DNA of 64,000 nt from an uncultured delta proteobacterium. Lineage in GTDB: Bacteria > Desulfobacterota > RBG-13-43-22. Position 1 is the first letter of the stretch, and every line of letters starts with the position of its first letter. The DNA lies in NCBI GenBank assembly GCA_963711835.1, contig CAVQFQ010000017.1, positions 96,001 through 160,000 on the forward strand. Reading direction: 5' to 3'. Shown here in pieces: positions 59,871 to 64,000 of this stretch. A program made the translations under genes and the position numbers. Under the pieces are notes generated by a model. It was given only the letters and a program-made list of their open reading frames with translations, searched no databases and was not told where the DNA came from.

Positions 59871-61115
59871 ATGACACCGGCCATGGCCCTGAAGGGGGTC
59901 TCAAAAAAATTTAAGAAAACCTCGCTGACCCGGGACTATACCAGCCTGAAAACTTTTTTACTGGCCCCTTTTTCCATTAGGAAAAAACCGAAAAACGAAC
60001 CCCTGGTGGTCTTCCAGGGCCTGGACCTGGAAATTCCCAAGGGGATCAGTCTTGGGATCATCGGCCGGAACGGCTCGGGTAAAAGCACCCTGCTGAAATT
60101 GATGGCCGGAATCTATAAGCCGGATTCAGGGACCATTCAGGTGAACGGCCGGGTCTCCTCATTGATTGAATTAGGGGCGGGTTTTCATCCGGAATTCAGC
60201 GGCCGCGAAAATGTCTTCATCAACGGGACGGTCCTCGGATTGAGCCGGAAGGAGATTGAAAAGCGTTTCGACCGGATCGTCCGCTTCGCCGAACTGGAAT
60301 CGTTTATCGACGCCCCGGTGCGGACCTATTCTTCCGGGATGTATGTCCGGTTGGGCTTTTCGGTGGCCGTCAATGTGGACCCCGATATCCTGCTGGTGGA
60401 CGAGGTCCTGGCCGTAGGAGACGAATCCTTTGCCCATAAATGTCTGGATAAAATGCTGGCTTTTAAAAAGGCGGGAAAGACCATCCTGCTGGTTACCCAT
60501 GACCTGCCCACGGTGGAAGGTTTCTGCGACCAGGCCATCTGGTTGGAGGAAGGCTGTATCCAGGCCCAGGGAGATCCCCGGAAGGTTATTGATGCCTATC
60601 GCCAAAAAGTGGCCCTGAGGGAGATGTCCCAATTTCAGCAGGAGGAAGCTCCGCAGCGGTGTCCTTTGCCGGAAGAACGATTGCTTTCCAAGAACCGCTG
60701 GGGAAACGGCGACCTTGAAGTCAGCCGGGTTCGCCTGCTGGACGGCCTTGGCCAGGAAAGGCAGGTTTTTCAGGACGGAGAAGATTTTTTGGTCGAGATT
60801 CATTATCAGGTGAACCGTTCCACCGACGATGTGGTCTTCGGAGTGGGTGTTTTCAACCGGGAAGGGACCTGTTGTTACGGCACCAATACCCTCTTGGATA
60901 AGGTCGCCTTACCGCGGCTGACGGCCAGCGGCCGAATCAGCTTTAAAATCGAGGGGCCTCATCTCATAGAGGGAAGTTATTATCTGGATGTGGCCATCCA
61001 TGCCCGGGACGGACATGCCTATGACTATCAGAGTCGCTGTTATTCTTTTGCCGTCCAGTCGCCTTTCCAGGATAAGGGCGTTTACCGCCTTCCGCACCGC
61101 TGGATTATAGAGTAG
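59871..61115 (+). CDS. wzt: Polysaccharide ABC exporter ATPase with C-terminal Wzt_C domain
   Basis: GRNGSGKS, YSSGM and DEVLAVGD; C-terminal extension starting RWG.G. Confidence 0.92.
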   Translation: MTPAMALKGVSKKFKKTSLTRDYTSLKTFLLAPFSIRKKPKNEPLVVFQGLDLEIPKGISLGIIGRNGSGKSTLLKLMAGIYKPDSGTIQVNGRVSSLIELGAGFHPEFSGRENVFINGTVLGLSRKEIEKRFDRIVRFAELESFIDAPVRTYSSGMYVRLGFSVAVNVDPDILLVDEVLAVGDESFAHKCLDKMLAFKKAGKTILLVTHDLPTVEGFCDQAIWLEEGCIQAQGDPRKVIDAYRQKVALREMSQFQQEEAPQRCPLPEERLLSKNRWGNGDLEVSRVRLLDGLGQERQVFQDGEDFLVEIHYQVNRSTDDVVFGVGVFNREGTCCYGTNTLLDKVALPRLTASGRISFKIEGPHLIEGSYYLDVAIHARDGHAYDYQSRCYSFAVQSPFQDKGVYRLPHRWIIE

Positions 61116-61200
61116 AAGGCCAAGGACCGTTAAGGCTAAAAAGAAAACAAGCCCTCTTTATTAACCTCATGCTGATTTATTGATTGGAAAGCAGGATCGT

Positions 61201-62478
61201 ATGGAACCAGAGGATAAAGCCGCCTCAGGAGTCGATGTAAATCGGATCATGGACCGCCTGCGGTCGCAGATTCAGGAGAAGATGACCACCGGCCAGTATC
61301 AGCCGGAGGACCTGGAACGGGTGGAGCGGATGACCCTCCAGGTGGAATCCTCCGAATCCTTCGACCAGGAGGGGGATATCCTTTATCAGTTGTCTCAGAT
61401 GAATTACCTGTGCGACACCGGGCGGCCTCCGGAACTCTCCTCCCATCGAAAAACGATCGGCCCTGTGGTGCTGGCGATAAAAAAAGCGGTCCGCACCTTG
61501 TCCGACCCCTATGTTCAGATGATCCTGAAACGCCAGGTGACTTTTAATGTGGAACTGGTTCGTTTGTTGAATCAGATGGTCTTGGATTATCGCTATCGTC
61601 TCTCTAACCAGGAAAGGCAGATCGGGCGGTTGGAAAAACTGGCGGAGCACATGAGCCGGACCCTGGAGGAGTTACCCCAGGAACTGCGGGTCCAAAAAAA
61701 TGTCTTTGAGGAGGTCTTATCTGAACTTAAGGCCATGAAAGACGGTTCCTTTAAGGACAGCGCCTCGTTGGAGGAACTCAAATCCCAGGTTCGTGATCCG
61801 GAATATGTACGTTTCGAGCAGGCGCATCGGGGGGATGAAGAAGAGATCAAATGGAAGCAAAAGCAGTACCTGCCCTACTTCAAAGAGAAAGGAAAGGTCC
61901 TGGATCTGGGCTGCGGCCGCGGGGAATTCCTGGAACTGTTGAAAGAAGCCGGGGTGCCGGCCGCGGGCGTGGAGCTCAATCGGGATATGGTCGCTCATTG
62001 TCTTCGGAAAGGCCTGGATGTGGTCCAGGGCGATGGGCTGGTTTTTTTGAGAGAGTTGGCGGATAACAGCCTGGGAGGCATTTTCCTGGCTCAGGTCATT
62101 GAACATTTGGATCCGGAAACCCTGCGGGATTTGGTCAGGCTGAGTTTCGCCAAACTGACTCCCGGCGGGGTCTTGCTGGCCGAAACGATCAACCCCCAAT
62201 GTTTAACCACCTTTAGCGGCGCTTTTTATCTGGATCTTTCCCACCGGAATCCGATCCATCCCGAAGCGGCCCGCTTCCTCTGGGAAGCCCTGGGTTTCCG
62301 ACAGGTGGCCGTCCTTTATGTCTCTCCCTATCCCGAGGAAATGAAATTAAAAGAGATGATCCGGCGGGAGGATGACTCCTATGAAGACGAACTGGCCCGG
62401 GTCTTGAACGAAGACGTCCGGCGGCTGAATGCCCTGATGTACGGCTACCAGGATTATGCCGTGCTCGGGTATAAATAA
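61201..62478 (+). CDS. Coiled-coil plus SAM-dependent methyltransferase
   Basis: VLDLGCGRGEF, QVIEH, ETINP and QDYAV; heptad-rich N-terminal half. Confidence 0.88.
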   Translation: MEPEDKAASGVDVNRIMDRLRSQIQEKMTTGQYQPEDLERVERMTLQVESSESFDQEGDILYQLSQMNYLCDTGRPPELSSHRKTIGPVVLAIKKAVRTLSDPYVQMILKRQVTFNVELVRLLNQMVLDYRYRLSNQERQIGRLEKLAEHMSRTLEELPQELRVQKNVFEEVLSELKAMKDGSFKDSASLEELKSQVRDPEYVRFEQAHRGDEEEIKWKQKQYLPYFKEKGKVLDLGCGRGEFLELLKEAGVPAAGVELNRDMVAHCLRKGLDVVQGDGLVFLRELADNSLGGIFLAQVIEHLDPETLRDLVRLSFAKLTPGGVLLAETINPQCLTTFSGAFYLDLSHRNPIHPEAARFLWEALGFRQVAVLYVSPYPEEMKLKEMIRREDDSYEDELARVLNEDVRRLNALMYGYQDYAVLGYK

Positions 62479-62482
62479 TTAC

Positions 62483-62567
62483 GAATATCGAATAAGGAAG
62501 TTAGAATCATGAAGTCATGAAGTTTATAACCTCTTCACACTTCGCTATTCGGTGTTCGATATTCGAC
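62483..62567. repeat. Heptamer-type imperfect hairpin
   Basis: GAATATCGAATAAGGAA faces TTCGGTGTTCGATATTCG. Confidence 0.6.
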
Positions 62568-62602
62568 AGGTTACTTTGTATAAAAAGATCGTTGGATAAA
62601 AA

Positions 62603-64000
62603 ATGAAAGTCGTCTTTGTCTGTCCCTGGTACGGTCCCGACATCCCGGGAGGGGCTGAAGCGGAAGCCCGCCGGACCGCGGAAAATCTCCGGCAGCGGGG
62701 GGAAGCGGTGGAGGTCTGGACGACCTGCCTCAAGGACTTTGAAGGGGATTGGGCCTTTAATTATTACCCGGCCGGAGACGACCAGGTCAACGGCGTTCCG
62801 GTTAAACGGTTTCCGGTTGGCCCGAGAAACGGGGAACTCTTCGCTACCCTTAACCGGCAGGTTTTATCCGGGGCCCGGCTTTCCCGGGAAGAAGAAAAGC
62901 TGTTCTTTGAGCACATGATCCAGAGCCCGGCCTTGATTCACCAGATTCAGCATCAGGGCCATAACCGTCTTTTCTTCTTTATCCCCTATCTGTTCAGTAC
63001 CACCTTTTTCGGGGCCGGCATCCATCCCGACCGTTCCTTTATTATCCCCTGCCTGCATGATGAAGGCTATGCCCGGCTGACCGGTTTGGGGGAGGTTTTT
63101 CACCGGGTGCGGGGTCTGATATTTCATACCCGGGTGGAGATGGCCTTAGGCCAGGAACTCTTTTCCCTGGCCAGGAACCAGACCCATCTTTTCGGCGAGG
63201 GGATTGATACCGACCTGGACTATGATCCGGAAAGGTTCCGTTCCAAGCATCAACTTAAAGACCCCTTTGTCCTTTATGCCGGCCGTCGGGATGGGGGGAA
63301 AAACACCCCCTTGCTGATGCAGTACTTCGCTTGGTTCAAGCAAAGACATCCTTCGGATCTAAAACTGGTCTTAATCGGAAACCTGCCGGTCCGGATCCCC
63401 CCGGGATGCCCGGATATCCTGGACTACGGCTTTGTACCCAAACAGGATAAATATGATGCCTACGGGGCGGCCGCCCTATTCTGCCAGCCTTCGGTACTGG
63501 AAAGCTTTTCCATTGTTATCATGGAATCCTGGCTTTGCGGCCGGCCCATCCTGGTCAATGCTCAATGTCCGGTAACCGTGGAGCATTGCCGGGAGAGCCA
63601 GGGAGGATTGTATTTCGGGAATTATCCGGAGTTTGAGGAAGCCCTTCTCGAACTGCTCCATAACCGGACCCTGGCCCAAACCCTAGCCCGAAACGGAAAG
63701 GCCTATGTCCTCTCCCGTTTCCATTGGGATCAAATCAGCCGGAAATATAGGGATCTGATCCAACAGGCCCGGGAAGCGCTGGAAGGAACTTCAGGACCGA
63801 AAGAAGAGGAAAAGCCCGTGAAACCCATTCCCAAAACTTCAAAGAAAGCCCTGCACCAGATGCTGCCTGATTTTAGCTACGGGGATGCCATCGGGAATGA
63901 TGTCTTGAATATTCAAAAGGTGCTTCGGGGCTGGGGCCATCCTTCGGACATTTACGCTCATCATGTCCATGCCAAGCTGGCCGGGACCGCCCGTCCTTAT
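62603..64000 (+). CDS. GT4-type glycosyltransferase, probably multi-domain, truncated by window edge
   Basis: Not in ORF track. MKVVFVCPWYGPDIPGGAE..., YAGRRD.GKN, ESFSIVIMESW; a second domain starts LHQMLPDFSYGDAIGN. Confidence 0.85.
   Translation, partial: MKVVFVCPWYGPDIPGGAEAEARRTAENLRQRGEAVEVWTTCLKDFEGDWAFNYYPAGDDQVNGVPVKRFPVGPRNGELFATLNRQVLSGARLSREEEKLFFEHMIQSPALIHQIQHQGHNRLFFFIPYLFSTTFFGAGIHPDRSFIIPCLHDEGYARLTGLGEVFHRVRGLIFHTRVEMALGQELFSLARNQTHLFGEGIDTDLDYDPERFRSKHQLKDPFVLYAGRRDGGKNTPLLMQYFAWFKQRHPSDLKLVLIGNLPVRIPPGCPDILDYGFVPKQDKYDAYGAAALFCQPSVLESFSIVIMESWLCGRPILVNAQCPVTVEHCRESQGGLYFGNYPEFEEALLELLHNRTLAQTLARNGKAYVLSRFHWDQISRKYRDLIQQAREALEGTSGPKEEEKPVKPIPKTSKKALHQMLPDFSYGDAIGNDVLNIQKVLRGWGHPSDIYAHHVHAKLAGTARPY

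Overview
GC-rich bacterial chromosomal segment; gene content suggests an anaerobic Desulfobacterota (deltaproteobacterial) fatty-acid degrader (inference). Positions 1-41.5 kb are dominated by acyl-CoA metabolism: three acyl-CoA dehydrogenases, two of them paired with APH-fold kinases, CoA ligases, a split ADP-forming acyl-CoA ligase, FadB/thiolase, ETF, a Liv-type ABC importer, two DUF362 Fe-S paralogs and a DUF169-CoaE fusion. Positions 42.7-56.3 kb hold a TetR-led region in which ferredoxin-bounded gene blocks sit in front of an ABC/TolC efflux operon. The end has rpoZ-moaC-dksA and a Wzm/Wzt surface-polysaccharide locus. No rRNA, tRNA, CRISPR array, transposase or integrase was seen. Several genes carry single-base frameshifts that look like assembly errors. 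The most striking unexplained signal is a non-coding nested element present in five full copies and one remnant. Its 202-203 bp palindromic core sits in three different outer shells, core and shell appear to be exchanged independently, and the core is flipped relative to the shell in one pair of copies.
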